Source: Octopus sinensis
Lineage: Eukaryota
Assembly: GCF_006345805.1 (NCBI RefSeq)
Contig: NC_043008.1
Coordinates: 44,888,001-44,952,000, forward strand
DNA length: 64,000 bases
Direction of reading: 5' to 3'
Made by a program: the position numbers and the translations under genes
In this document: piece after piece, positions 1-14,039 of the stretch
Position numbering within the stretch: position 1 is the first letter of the stretch
How the letters are laid out: each line of letters starts with the position of its first letter
Notes under the pieces: generated by a model
Database searches by the model: none
Told to the model about the DNA's origin: nothing
The model's input: only the letters and a program-made list of their open reading frames with translations

Positions 1-102
1 CAGTTTATTTCAAGATTTCTTGCCAATAGAGAAAGAACCAGTTTCTAACCTAGATCCAGGTCTTTTTTATTGGTATTTCAAGATCAACAACAGGGTCTTT
101 TT
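1..102 (-). mobile_element. 3' UTR remnant of an RLE-type (R4-like) non-LTR retrotransposon
   Basis: Aligns by eye with 12935-13050 (TTTATTTCAAGATTTCT..CAAT.GAGAAAGA..C.GTTTCTAACC.AGATCCA), which is the 3' UTR downstream of the RLE ORF at 13130-13450. Confidence 0.6.
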
Positions 103-262
103 GTATGTATGTATGTATGTATGTATGTATGTATGTATGTATGATGTATGTATGTATGTACGTATGTATGTATGTATGTATGTATGTATGTATGTATGTA
201 TGTATGCGTGCATGTATGCCTGCATGTATGTATGTATGTATGTATGTATGTATGTATGCATG
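103..262. repeat. (TATG)n microsatellite
   Basis: Direct read. It explains the MYVC/HTYI ORFs in the track. Confidence 0.95.
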
Positions 263-907
263 TTAGTCATTCATTGAATATTTACACTAATTACGTTAAT
301 TCAGGTGAACACTTGTGTACCGAGCGTAATTTGCTACTGCAGCCCATCTACAATTCAGGTATCGATATCTCATCAAGCAATGAAATAGCTCTGTACGTGT
401 TTCGGCACCTTCCATCGCGACCCCAAAGCTACCCGTAGACCACCCACCGGCATAAGCGACAAAGCCCCTGCGCAATAACCCGAGCTTTGTTGTGTCAGGT
501 GTTGCGTCTGTGGGTGAAATCTTTTGATCCTTCTGAACGTTTGTGTTTTGTTGCATCATTCGTCGCCTCTCTTGACTCTGGTGTTGTGGTTTCCTTTCGC
601 AGCAGCTTCCGACAAATTTCTGGCAGCCATTTTTTCCTTTCGTTCGCAATTTGTCGTAGACTCGTGAGCATCCAGTAAACCCCGCTTCCAACAAATTCTC
701 AAAGCTTTCTTTACAGTGATTGGTTTCGTCTCCGATTTTCTCTGCAAAGTCAAGTTGGTGAATGCAGAGTTCGAACTTCAAAATCATACATTACAGATAT
801 AAATAATCTTTTGATACGATTTAATTACAGTTAATGGGAATTAATCTTAGAGGATTCGATGGCAAAAACAATCAGAAGAAATGAATTTGTGTGGTAGGCC
901 CAGTACT

Positions 908-1064
908 GTGGAGGCACAATGGCCCAGTGGTTAGAGCAGCGGACACGCGGACGGAGGATCGCGATTTCGATTCCCAGACATACATACATACATGCATACA
1001 TGCATACATACATACGTACGTACGTACATACATACATACATACATACATACATACATACATACA

Positions 1065-1097
<33 letters not shown>

Positions 1098-1384
1098 GTA
1101 GCTGTGGGTTCGATCCCCATACATACTGCTACCCAATCTTTTTCCGTCGAAGGCTTATGTGTGCTTATTGAGCGAAAACACTTAAAGCTCCACGAAGCTC
1201 CGGCAGGCGGGGGTGGCGACCCCTGTTGTACTCTTTCGCCCCAACTTTCTCTCACTCTTTCTCCCTGTTTCTTGGGTAACGCTGCAATGGACTGGCGTCC
1301 CGCCCAGCTCGGGGAACACATACACCACAGAAACTGGGAAACCGGGCCCATGAGCCTGGCTAGTCTTGAAAAGGGCGAAAAGAA
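908..1384 (+). mobile_element. tRNA-derived SINE (family C) with 12-bp TSD and an internal insertion
   Basis: Head GTGGAGGCACAATGGCCCAGTGGTTAG (A-box) and TTCGATTCCC (B-box). TSD AGGCCCAGTACT at 896-907 and 1385-1396. Body matches 22032-22400 and 41165-41759. Confidence 0.85.
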
Positions 1385-2847
1385 AGGCCCAGTACTATTA
1401 GAAAGGTTGATATCCATCACTTACAGATCAATCATATACAGTTAAACATTTGTATAAAACAATTGGCTATAACTGTGTATGTGTGCGTGTGTGTAGTTGT
1501 ATGTGCGTGCTTATATGGATATATATATGTGCGTGTTTGTGTGGTGTGTCAATGAAGTCACATGTTCTGGCGATTGGGTTCTGAACATATAAGCGTAAAT
1601 TTCCTTGTGTTTTTGCGCAACGCATACCATTTTGCATTGCTTAAACACCATCGTCTGAGAAATGAGGGTGAATCTACAGTTGAGGCAGATCATATCCTGG
1701 GTACTCCTCTCGATGCTTTTTTTTTTTACTTTTATATTCTGTTCTAAACTTAAAAGCAAAGATAACAATAGTAGAAGAGTTAATAAAATTCAATACATAT
1801 GACGTCCTTTCAATCCAGCAGATCAAGAGAATTTGGTTAAAATTTTCTCTTTCTCAAGTGGCATTTCTTAATTCCTTTGATATGTCTGATATTATCAACG
1901 GTTACACAGTATCTCACGTGAAATAAAGAGCAAAAAATCCTCAATGCAAAGACTTGATAGAGTAGGAATTACAGTATAACCTGATAGAATTGTGGTTGAT
2001 GAAAGAACGACAGTAATCAGTTCTTGAAACAATAACATTATATATTACTGGATAATTTTTTTCTTTGGATTTCATTATTATGAACTGTTGATAAAGAACA
2101 TTAGAATTTATCACTTTTATTCATGCTGTTCGTTTTATCGAAACATGATTTGGTGAATAGTTCATACTGAAACGAGATTCCACAACAATGTGACAACAGT
2201 ATTGTATTTTGTTTTTGTCTTTTTTGTTTTTTCTTTTTTTTTTCTTTTTTTCATGTTGTCCAGTCACGTCTAGGTATTGTGATAAAATTAGAGCTAGGAA
2301 TTGAAAATTGATTATTAGTTCCAGGAACTGGGAGAATATATGGTCGGAAAGGAATAATACGTGATGAAGCAACTGCTGTCACGGCGTTCCCTCTGCTGTC
2401 TTGGACAATATATATGGCGTATATATCAAACGACTTAACCCTGAGATATATCTGAACAGGATTCTTGTTGCTATTTATCCCCCAGATAAACCATGGTAGA
2501 GTAGATCTAAAGCGTTCCAATTCTGACCATCAGTTTTTGTATTGCATCTCAAAGAACATTTTGCTCAATATCTCTTTTCGTAGGCAGGAAGAATTCCGCT
2601 TTTGTGAACAAATTGCAGCACTGGGAATAAACAGAGTTATGAATGTTCCGTTCCCTTACCATAAACAAACGACGTCCATACAAGAGAATAAATGGAATCT
2701 TTACTTGATTCCCGCTGGAAGGTTCTAGAAATCTCCCCACACCATATTGAAAAATATTTCACTACCGTATAATACATACATTATAAATAAAGAGCCACAT
2801 AATTGCCCCGTTCTCCTTTTCTTTCTTCTCGGGCAATTTCACTCTAT

Positions 2848-2870
2848 CCGATAAAGAGCTATGCTCGAAG
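2848..2870 (+). ncRNA. degenerate hammerhead motif (PLE pLTR relic)
   Basis: CCGATAA-A-GAGC tat GCTC-GAAG. Stem II is identical to the one at 22402-22412, but the core is mutated relative to CUGAUGA/GAAA. Confidence 0.3.
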
Positions 2871-2984
2871 CCATATTTCTACCCATATTTTTTTCTATCA
2901 AAATCTAATATCTTCACTGCGTACCTCTCATGCACATTTATGGATTTTTCTCGTTTCTTTATCTCGGGTTTGCCTATATATTCT

Positions 2985-3370
2985 TTTATTTGTTTCAGTC
3001 ATTTGACTGCGGCTATACTGGAGCACCGACTTTAGTCGAGCAAGTTGACCACATGCCTGGTTCTTTGTAAACCTAGTTCTTATTCTATCGACTTCTTTTG
3101 CCAGACCGGTATGTTACGGGGACGTAAACACACCAGCATCGGTTGGCAAGCGATGTTGGCGGAGATGTACAAACACAGACACACAAACATAAATGTATAC
3201 ATACGACGGGCTTCTTTCAGTTTCCATCAACCAGATCCACTCGCAAGGCTCTGGTCGGCTCGAGGTTATAGTAGAGACACTTGCCCAACGTGCTACGTAG
3301 TGGGACTGAACTCTGCTTGGAACCATATGTTTGGTAAGCAAGCTACTTACCACACAGCCACTCCTGCGCC
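2985..3370 (-). mobile_element. tRNA-derived SINE (family A), near full length
   Basis: Reverse complement of the family A copy at 45195-45691 (GGCGCAGGAGTGGCTGTGTGGTAAG...TGACTGAAACAA). Confidence 0.85.
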
Positions 3371-3380
3371 CATAGGTATA

Positions 3381-3440
<60 letters not shown>

Positions 3441-3454
3441 AATGTATGTATATA

Positions 3455-3596
3455 GGGAGAATGCATGGCTTAGTAGTAAGGGCGTTGCACTCTCGATCGT
3501 GTGGTTTCAATTCCTAGACTAGGTTCTACATTGTGTTTTTGAGCAAAATGTTTGCTCTCACGTTGTTCTGCGATCACTTCGACACCTGATGGGTGG
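3455..3596 (+). mobile_element. SINE family D, 5' part
   Basis: TGGCTTAGTAGTAAGG A-box, TTCAATTCCT B-box and TTGTGTTTTTGAGCAAAA core, matching 40198-40450. Confidence 0.6.
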
Positions 3597-3611
3597 AATG
3601 AGTTAACCTAT

Positions 3612-3885
3612 AGTACATATATACATGTATGTATGTATGCATGTATGTATGTATGTATGTATGTATGAATGTATGTATGAATGTATGTTTGTATGTATGG
3701 ATGCATGAATCTATGTATGTATGTATGTAGTATGTATGTATGTATGTACGTATGTAAGTATGTACGTATGTATGTACGTATGTATGTAAGTATGTATGTA
3801 TGTATGTATGTATGTATGTATGTATGTATGTATTTGTGTGTGTATGTATGTATGCATGTATGTATGTTTGTATGTATGTATGTGC
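3612..3885. repeat. (TATG)n microsatellite
   Basis: Direct read. Confidence 0.95.
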
Positions 3886-4767
3886 GTACACACTGTGTCA
3901 TTTTTATTCCAAGGTGGGGGTGGAATAAATTTGAATTCTGTTTCCTGTGTGGGCGACAAAGAAGAAACTGGATTGACTAAATGACGAGATTAAATTTAAA
4001 TGTCAGGCAAAACAGACGATAAGAAAAATCGTTGTAAGATAATGCGCAGGTATATATTACTCATTTAGTTAAAAAGATATATGAAATGTCATAGCTTCTT
4101 TTGTAGTGATTCTCTCTGCAAGGTAGAGCAAGCAACATAATTATTTAGTTTCACGAATAACTTAATTCTGCCATTGGTTACGCTATTTGTCAAACGCGTT
4201 TTGATGTGTATTGTCAGGTCAGAAACCTAGCAAACGATTTTAGCTAGGAACAGCTTCAGGTTTTCAGACTAAAATTTCACTCGTACAAATTGTATTATGT
4301 GTTCAAAGATAATCTTTCGATGCTAATGCGCAATTTAATGTCGTCTTATCGATTCTTCAATGGTGAATATTTCATATTATAGAATACTGCCTAATTGTAC
4401 TTTAAGAGGATTATAAGAAATGGCAATAAGATCTTGTATGTAAGTTACATATTACGGCTCAATAATAACTTGAACAGTAATCATCTCCCTAGTTTTTCTC
4501 TCAAACAACGTACCCGTCATATGTCAAATAAGTCAAGAAAATATTGTAAATATTACTGAAAATATGTATAAAAACGATGGATTATACAAAAATGTAACAT
4601 TATCCACTTTGATTGTGAAATAAGCTCATTATTTATTATTAAGCGTATCTTGACATTAAGAATTGATATTTTGAATATTTTAAGAAATATTTGTAAGCAA
4701 AATATTTGCGTCATTTCTAAGGATTGATGGATTTAATATTCGAAATACTAAAAAAGAGGCGAGTTGG

Positions 4768-4965
4768 TAGAATCCTTACCGCACCGGTCAAAACGCATAG
4801 CGGCATTTCGCTCGTCTTTACAGTCTGAGTTCAAATTCCGCCGTGGTCGAATTTGCCTGTTATTCTTTAGGGGTTGATAAATTTGTAACAGTAAAAAACT
4901 GGGTCCATGTAATCGACTTAATCCTTCTCCAATATCGCTAGCCTTGAGTCAAAAATTGAAACTAA
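4768..4965 (+). mobile_element. old SINE family B copy
   Basis: GGCGAGTTGGTAGAA head, CTGAGTTCAAATTCCGCCG B-box and GGGGTTGATAAA central domain. Diverged from 44787-45019. Confidence 0.65.
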
Positions 4966-5049
4966 TGTTACATAGAAAGAAATTATTTAAAATGTTTCAC
5001 TTAAACATAACTATTGGGTTTTACATATCGATAACTAATACCATAGACA

Positions 5050-5359
5050 TTGTTTGTTGTTTGTTCCTTCTTGGGTCACGCCTGGCTCATAAAGGCCAGT
5101 TTCCAGGTTTCTTTGGCATATAGGTTCCCCACCTTGACGGGACGCTTGTCCGTCGCAGGTGAGCTGCAATATGCAGGAGGAAAGAGTGAGAGAAAGTTGT
5201 GGCGAAAGAGTCAGCAGAGGTTCGCCATTACCTTCTGCCAGAGGCGCATGGAGCTTAAGTGTTTCACTCATGAACACGCACATCGCCCGGTCTGAGATTC
5301 GAACCCGCGATCCCTCGACCGTGACCCCCTGCTCTAACCACTAGGCCATGTGCCTCTAC
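5050..5359 (-). mobile_element. SINE family C copy
   Basis: Minus strand GTAGAGGCACATGGCCTAGTGGTTAGAGCAG head plus CTTTCTCTCACTCTTT body. Confidence 0.75.
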
Positions 5360-5621
5360 ATTGTCACCGGCGTGCCAGCACTTTGCCTTTTTAAAATTCA
5401 AAATCAACACTGATTTCAAATTTTAAAACAAAGCCAGCAAGTTCGGGTCATGAAGTTATTCGATTACCTCGACACCCGTGCTTAACTGGTACTTGTTTTA
5501 TCGACAACGATAGATGAAAGGCAAAGTTCATCTTGGCGAATTTCGAACACGACATAAAGACTGACGAAGTGGTGTTAAATATCTTCACCTAGTGTGTAAT
5601 ATCATTTGGAGTCTAAATCAC

Positions 5622-5775
5622 CAATTCAGCTGTGTTGTAAGAATCTCGCTTCCAAAGTACATGGTTCTGGGTTCAGTTCCACTGCGTGGCACCTTCGACA
5701 AGTGTCTTCTACCATGCTATATAAGTATATATATATATATATGTATATGTATGTAAGTATGTATATATATATATG

Positions 5776-5808
<33 letters not shown>

Positions 5809-6100
5809 TTCTGTGTGTGTGTCTGTATGTGTCTGTTTGTGCATGTGAGTGTGTCGGGGTGTCTGTTTGTGCATGTGAGTGTGTCGTGGTGTCTGTGTGT
5901 CTGTGTTTGTCTTCCCATCGTAGCTTGGCAACCGATGCTTGTGTGCTAACTTCCTCGTAACCTAACAGTTCGGCAAAGAAGAGCGATGGAATTAGTAATA
6001 GGCTTACAAAGAATAAGTTCTGGGACTCGATTTGCTCGACTAAAGGCGGAGCTCCAGCATGGCCGCTGTCAAATGACTGAAACACGTAAAATAAACGAAA
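5622..6100 (+). mobile_element. SINE family A with internal (TA)n(TG)n and a 30-bp internal tandem duplication
   Basis: GGGTTCAGTTCCACTGCGTGGCACC...GGCTTACAAAGAATAAG...TGACTGAAAC. The unit GTGTCTGTTTGTGCATGTGAGTGTGTCG occurs twice at about 5830-5887. Confidence 0.8.
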
Positions 6101-6289
6101 GAAAAAATATATATACATATATACATTTATATATGTATATATATATATATGTGTGTGTGCGTGTATAACTGCTTTCACAAGTATGAAGCAAAGAAATGCT
6201 ATTTTATATTGGACACATAGCCCTAGAAAAAAACAAAAAGAAGCATGCCTACGTGTGTCTGTCTGTGCAACATATGTATAAAGTATGCT

Positions 6290-7480
<1,191 letters not shown>

Positions 7481-7790
7481 GGGTATTCATTTTACTGACG
7501 CAAGAATGAGCTAACTAAATACGAAGAAATTATTTATTTGGAAGAATTCTTCGTACTCATGTATTGGAATTTATTCAGCTAATTGTTGCTATTGGCAACT
7601 CAGTTCCAAACTATTTGATGTAGACTCGGCCAAATTAGTACCATATTATCTGCCTGTCTGTAAACACGCACACAAAAGCTGACGTAGCCCCATAATGGTG
7701 GAAACACAAAGATATATATCTGTTTATACAGATGTATGTTTTTATGAGTGCATTTATACTTTATATCTCTGCAAATATAGAGATAGCTGT

Positions 7791-7840
<50 letters not shown>

Positions 7841-8079
7841 ATGTGTGCGTGTGTGTGCGTGCGTGTGTGTGTGCGTGTGTGTGTGTTTGTGTGTTGATAC
7901 ACAGATTCAGTAGAATCCAGGCACATTAATATATAGGAGGCAGGAAATGGCTGGGTACAACAACATAGCGCTTGCCGAGAGATAAACATTGAGGACATCG
8001 TGTGTTGTTAGGATTATGGAAATATGCATGTACAAAGTCAAATTTTTAAACGTAGATACGACCCCGGGGCTGATTATTT

Positions 8080-9230
8080 CTTGATGTGGTGTAGATATAA
8101 AATTAAATGCAATGTTTGTCTTTTACAACCATATCCGGTTCCTTAACTTTGATGGTTCGGTCTGTATGTATTGAAAAGTCCCAAAGAATTATTACATTGT
8201 CTCCCTCAGTTCCAGCCTGAGGGTCGTGATTATATCACTTGTCGATTGTTTTGATTTTATAATGCCGACATATTAACCAGTGTAGATATTGGCCTACTCT
8301 GTCATGTCTTTGATTCATACTCCACTGATGCTAAAAAAATTTTTCCATGCCATTAATTTCATCTTCTTTACAGCAACGGTTGCCGCACTTCCTTACATAT
8401 TTCAGCTTGGGTATCATGTACGAAATCAATAGCAAAATTTTGCTCTCTTTTATGACAGAATGAAACTTCTGCCTTCCGTGCTTTTCAACGAGTTTAAGCA
8501 TCCAGTTTTTAGTTATTTCGAAATATTTGGCCAGTCCACTTGGGGTAGTTTTGTAAAAGAGTTCCATTTGGATCAAGCCTCGACTTCCTTCGTAGAAACG
8601 AAGGTAAACACAATCCACGTATGCCTTTGGGTGTTGAATATTATTACAACTAGTAACTTACGTATTTATCTGTAAATCTTCTTTACGTTAGCTCATATTA
8701 CAACTCAATACATATGAAGCTTTATGTAACAACAGGAACTGCTATGGAATTTATGGCTAATGCCTTGTTATGTGCATTTAGCTAAGATTTCCGGACTGCT
8801 CGAACTCTCCTGCAACATTCCTTCCTGATCTTCTCTTTCATGCTTGTATGCTGAATGCCAGAGCCTCCATATATTCCTAGCTATCTGTAAGATTGTTCGT
8901 GCTCAATTTCTTTTCTAACTATCGACATATAACACGAATGAACTTGAGATCTTCAACTTCCCTTTCTAGAAAGTAGCCTTACCATACTTATCAACACAAA
9001 ACTCCACCTCGATGGAATTAAAACTCATCCATTTAATATAGATGGCTTATTTCTTCATTGTCCGTTTTATACCCATAACTTCTTCTGTTAAGTTCACTTG
9101 TAAGGGGTGTTAGAGTTATGCAAATCATTTGCGGTAAAAGTGAATTACCTTGGAAAATACCAAAGTTGGTGTTAATATTGTTTGAAGCTAGTACTTCATT
9201 AGAGTGTAATTGGAGAATCGTGTATTATTA
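8080..9230 (-). pseudogene. R4/Dong-clade non-LTR retrotransposon fragment: RT core, C-terminus and RLE endonuclease, disrupted
   Basis: Minus-strand translation gives GIFQGNSLLP..ISHLY*MD (QGDSLSP/YMDD-like), EGSRGLIQME..GLAKYF, RHDRVGQYLHWLIC and LWDFSIHTDRTIKVKEPDMVVKD. Stops and frameshifts are present. Confidence 0.85.
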
Positions 9231-9681
9231 TATTATATTTTCCTTATCATCTTTGCATTCTGTTTCCAATCCTTGCCGAATGCCTTCTTGATACCTAGAG
9301 AAACAGACTGTATATATTGATAGACCAAAAAGATAAACACATCAAATTGTCCATTTACAAACTCAAGTGATAGAGAAGAGGGAGAATAAATACAGAGAGA
9401 AAAAGGAAAAAAAAAACTTTTAAAAATTAAAATGTAAACAAATAAAATAAAGAAGGAAAAAGGAAAGAAAATTGACAGCGACAATGCTCTTCTCAGTACA
9501 TGTGACGTACCAGTTAAGATAATCTATTGCACTTCCTGTATGGATGGTAAGTCAGGGATGATTTGAAATCTTTATTATTGTTATGATTACTATTAATATT
9601 ATTATTTTTATTATTATTAGAATCATTATTATTATTATTGTTGTTGTTGTTGTTGCTGTTGTTGGTTTTGTTGTTGTTGAA

Positions 9682-10131
9682 TGAGAGAGCAATGCATGTC
9701 CTCAGAGTGACACTGGGGTAAAATATACGAAGCCCAGTATACCCACTATGACTACCCGTCTGATAAGGGTACACCAGGCACATGCATCACAACCATATGT
9801 GCGCGACTAGGTGATCTCATATCAAGATAAACAGCGCATGACCTTGCAGGTGGGGGCCCAGTTAGAATTTCCCTCAGGTCGAGTAGCCCATCCTGCTGAA
9901 ATGAAAATTAAATAATGGTTATTTAAAAATGTATGAAACACCCATGTTTCGAAAGGTGATTTATCCAAACCCCAAAGAATTCTTCTCAACACATGGCTAT
10001 GATGCTCCGCCGCTACTTCTGCTCGTGATCAGAGATGCACATATCGTCAGCCACTAAGGGACATGCTCAACGGTTAAGGTCAGGTCAAACAACAACAAGC
10101 AAATCTGTGGTATTGAGCAGAAATTTGCTGT
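9682..10131 (-). mobile_element. interspersed repeat, probable LINE 3' UTR ending in an (AAC/AAT)n tail; cut by the gap
   Basis: Non-coding complex sequence abutting the (ATT/GTT)n tract at about 9590-9680 in tail orientation. The family assignment is inference. Confidence 0.4.
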
Positions 10132-10231
10132 NNNNNNNNNNNNNNNNNNNNNNNNNNNNNNNNNNNNNNNNNNNNNNNNNNNNNNNNNNNNNNNNNNNNN
10201 NNNNNNNNNNNNNNNNNNNNNNNNNNNNNNN
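10132..10231. other. assembly gap (100 N)
   Basis: Exactly 100 Ns. A fixed size of this kind usually marks a scaffolding gap of unknown true length. Confidence 0.99.
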
Positions 10232-10873
10232 CATATACAAGGAGGAGAGAGAGGAGAGAGAGGGAGGAGAGAGAGAAATACACACACATATACAGGGAGA
10301 GAGAGGGAGGAGAGAGAGAAATACACACACATATACAGGGAGAGAGAGAGAGAGAGAGAGAGGAAGGTGAATTCACTTGCACACAAAGCATATTTATATA
10401 CATACAGACAAAAACAAAGAAGGAGAGACATCAAGAGGGAGGAAGAAAGAGAGAAAGAGAAAGAGAGAGAGAGAGAAAAAGAGAAAGATAGAGGGAGAGA
10501 GAGAGAGAGGTGGATTTGAATTATGCATTTTGGTGAGGCGATAGTAATTCAAAGAGGAAAACTAATGAATTTTGTGTGGGTGGGGATTTTGGGGGAAGGA
10601 AAAAAAAGAAAGAAAATATTAAATAAATAAAGCAGGGAAAGAATAGAATACAAATATAAAGGGAGGGTTAGAACGATTCGTGGCCCACACACACACACAC
10701 GTACACACACACACACACGCACACACACACACGGACACACCACACACGCGCACACACACATATATACATTGCATCAAGAATTTACCTATCTATCTTTCTG
10801 TCTATCTGTCTTTCTGTCTATGTATCTATCTATCTTGGTCACGAATCCGCATTTCCTCATCTCTCTCTCTCTT

Positions 10874-10915
<42 letters not shown>

Positions 10916-11177
10916 GTATATAGTCTACATATATATGTACATATATGTGTATATATGCATATACATAAACACACACACACACACACACCGATATATATAT
11001 ATATATATATATGTACATATATACATGCATAAACATACATACATATATATATACATGATATATATATATGTTTATATATAAACACATTTGTATCTAAAAT
11101 CTATCTATATATCTATCTGTCTGTCTATATACATACACAAGCACACACATATATGTATATATAATATTTACGTATAA

Positions 11178-11238
<61 letters not shown>

Positions 11239-11869
11239 CATATATATATATATATTATATAGCTGTACAGGTACGTAATCAATATCGGCAGACATGCTCG
11301 CCCACACACACGCACGCGCATCTGTGTCTCTGTCTCCACGTTCCTTGCTGTCAAACGTGAAACCGTACCAGCTGTTTGCACAAAGCCATCACCAGACACT
11401 ACTCTCTCTCCCCCCCTCTCTCTCCCCCCCTCTCTCCCCCCCTCTCTCTCTCTCAACTGGTGATATTTAAATGCAATATTACTAACAATTAATGGTGTTA
11501 TACTAACTTGTTGCTTAGGTTACCTGCTTTATCTATTATGTATCATCACCTAACGCATAGCGGTGTGGCCTATATGTAGCCTACCTATATGTGGTCTCTT
11601 GATTTGCTAGAAATAAGCACTAAATTTCGGAAACTGTTGGAGTCGTATTTGATGTAATCAAGCATGAAATCGAATATAACGTTGATCAAACGACAATCCA
11701 ACCGTGAACAACACATTTAAAGTATGAGATAGTTATATGTGTGTATATGTTTGAGCACCCATGATCAATCAGAAAGGGTGCCCTTGGTTAAATTACAACA
11801 ACCAAAACAATAATACTATAATATTTTAGGAACCAACGAGGGAGGCTTTTTTGATTGGTTAATGACCTG

Positions 11870-12085
11870 ATGTGTTAGAAATAACAGCGAAATCCCCTTT
11901 AATGCACACTCTGTCGTCTGTAAAAGACAAGAGCATACTTGGTTAGACGATAATGTGCAGCTCCACGCAGAGAAAGGCGATGTGGTCACGGTTGGTATGC
12001 TTTTGGTCAGAGATTTGCTGGATTAAGGTTGGCCTGGGGCTAAATAGCAGCTATAACAACAACAACAACAGCAGCAACAGCAGCA
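11870..12085 (+). mobile_element. old SINE-like repeat (family F) with (CAA/CAG)n tail
   Basis: TG(C/T)TAGAAATA.CAGC...GG(C/T)T(G/A)(A/G)CC(T)GGG(G/T)(C/T)TAAA followed by AAC repeats. A similar diverged copy lies at about 25070-25260. Confidence 0.45.
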
Positions 12086-12909
12086 ACAGCGCAGCCGTCC
12101 AAGAATTTGGACCTGGAGATCTCCATTTCGAGCGACTTCGAGGGTCACCTCCCAGTGGTGCCGGGCGTCAACGAAGATCTCTCGACTACAACAAGACGGC
12201 CAAAGTGGTTTTTTTTCCAAGGTCTGGGGTCTCCCGCCCCTAAGCCCTAGAACCATCACCTAATCACCCTTATCCGTCTTGTTGCTTAACAACAACAACA
12301 ACAACAGCAGCAACAGAAGGAGCCACAATGACAATATCACCAAAATCTTCACCAAGCAAAAAATAATAACAAGAAAAACAACATGAAACAGCAAAGAACA
12401 AAAAAAGACAAAAAAACAAACAGCAACAATAACAACAACAACAACAACAACAAGCAACAAAGGCAACGTTCATAGCAAAAATAACAACAACAGCAAGAGG
12501 AAGAAGGAGGAGTAGGAGAAGGAGGAGAAAAGAAACTGGAGGAGAAGAAGGAGGAGGAGGAAATAATAATGATTAAAGTAATATTCTATCCTGTTATATT
12601 CAATTAACATACAATTAACATATGGTGTTGTTAGTTAATCGTTTGTCGTTATTGTGTATATTCCCTTTTAATTATATTGGTTTCCAAATTATTCGATGAG
12701 CTTAAATTAACAACAGCAACAACTAAAATATTGTATTAGGATATTTTAATTGTTGCATTTTAATTTAATTAAAGACATTTATAAAATTTAAAAAAAAAAT
12801 AATAGAAATGTTTTTAAGTAGCTGAAGGGCAATCTCTGAACTTTTACGGGTAAATGAATGCCAATATTAATGAATTTAAATACATTTATACACTAATACA
12901 CATTTTATT

Positions 12910-13451
12910 ATGTATGTATGTATGTATGTCCTTATTTAGTTTTATTTCAAGATTTCTCGTCAATGGAGAAAGAGTCGGTTTCTAACCGAGATCCAAGACT
13001 CCTTTTTTGGAATTTCAACATCAATAACGAAACATTTTTGTATGTATATATATGTGCAGATTTGTATGTTTTGCTTTATGTATGTATTTTCATGCATATA
13101 GTTGCTTATCAAGACATGCTCATATATATTTAAATGATAAACTTCTGGAAAGTTTTACAGATTTTTGCAGTTCCGCTGATGGATTGGATCTGTTGTCTTC
13201 GAATTAGCTTTCTCCTTTCTGGTTTTGAGAAGCCTACTTTCTCAAGATTAGTGCTTAGGTAGTGTGTTACATATCCCAGTGCCCCAGTAATTACAGGTAT
13301 AAACCTGAACTTGTAATCTTGATAGAGTAACTGCAGATTTCTCAATAGTTCAGCATAGGTGTTCTCTTTTTCACTGATCTTCAGCTTTAGGTTAACATCC
13401 GCTGGACAGCTGATTTCCACAGCTGTGCACAGTTTCTCTTCGCTATCCCAA
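12910..13451 (-). mobile_element. 3' end of an RLE-type (R4-like) non-LTR element: endonuclease C-terminus, 3' UTR and (CATA)n end
   Basis: Track ORF 13130-13480: WDSEEKLCTAVEISCPADVN..KENTYAELL..FIPVITGALG..GTAKICKTFQKFII*, typical of an RLE C-terminus. The 5' side abuts a (CA)n tract. Confidence 0.85.
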
Positions 13452-13775
13452 TGTGTGTGTGTGTATGTGTGTATGCGCATGTGTGTGTGCGTGTGCGTGT
13501 TTGTGTCTATGTATGTACAGGATAGAATATTACTTATATCATTATTATTTCCTCCTCCTCCTCCTCCTCCTCACCCTTCTTCTCCTCCAATTTCTTTTCT
13601 CCTCCTTCTCCTACTCCTCCTTCTTCCTCTTGCTGTTGTTAAGTTTTTAAATTCTTCCCCTTAGTAAAGAGCGGGTTTCTAAGATACAACCATTCATCGA
13701 TAGAATATAAAGAACACAATGTCACATTTTAAACTTGTGAAAAGTCTTGCATATTTTTACTGTTCCTCTTACAGG

Positions 13776-13915
13776 TTATATTTGTAATGTGCGAGTTAGT
13801 TGATTGATTGCTTTTACTTTTTCAGTTAGGTATTTACCCACAATACCCAGCGCACCAATTATTGATTTCAATGTGAATTTATTATCTGGGTACAGAATAT
13901 GTATGAAAGTACGTA
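13776..13915 (-). mobile_element. short RLE C-terminal fragment of a related family
   Basis: LYPDNKFTLKSIIGALGIVGKYL aligns with LYQDYKFRFIPVITGALGYVTHYL at 13130-13450. Confidence 0.6.
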
Positions 13916-13960
13916 GTACGTGTGAATGTATGTATGTATGTATGTATGTATGTATGTATG

Positions 13961-13994
<34 letters not shown>

Positions 13995-14039
13995 GTATAA
14001 ACATATAGGAATGAGAACCGAGATTCGAAATTTCCCCAA

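Noticed and set aside
1800-2760. Non-repetitive stretch with protein-like segments in several frames
   Set aside because: Stops occur in every frame and there is no recognisable motif, so I cannot call a gene or pseudogene.
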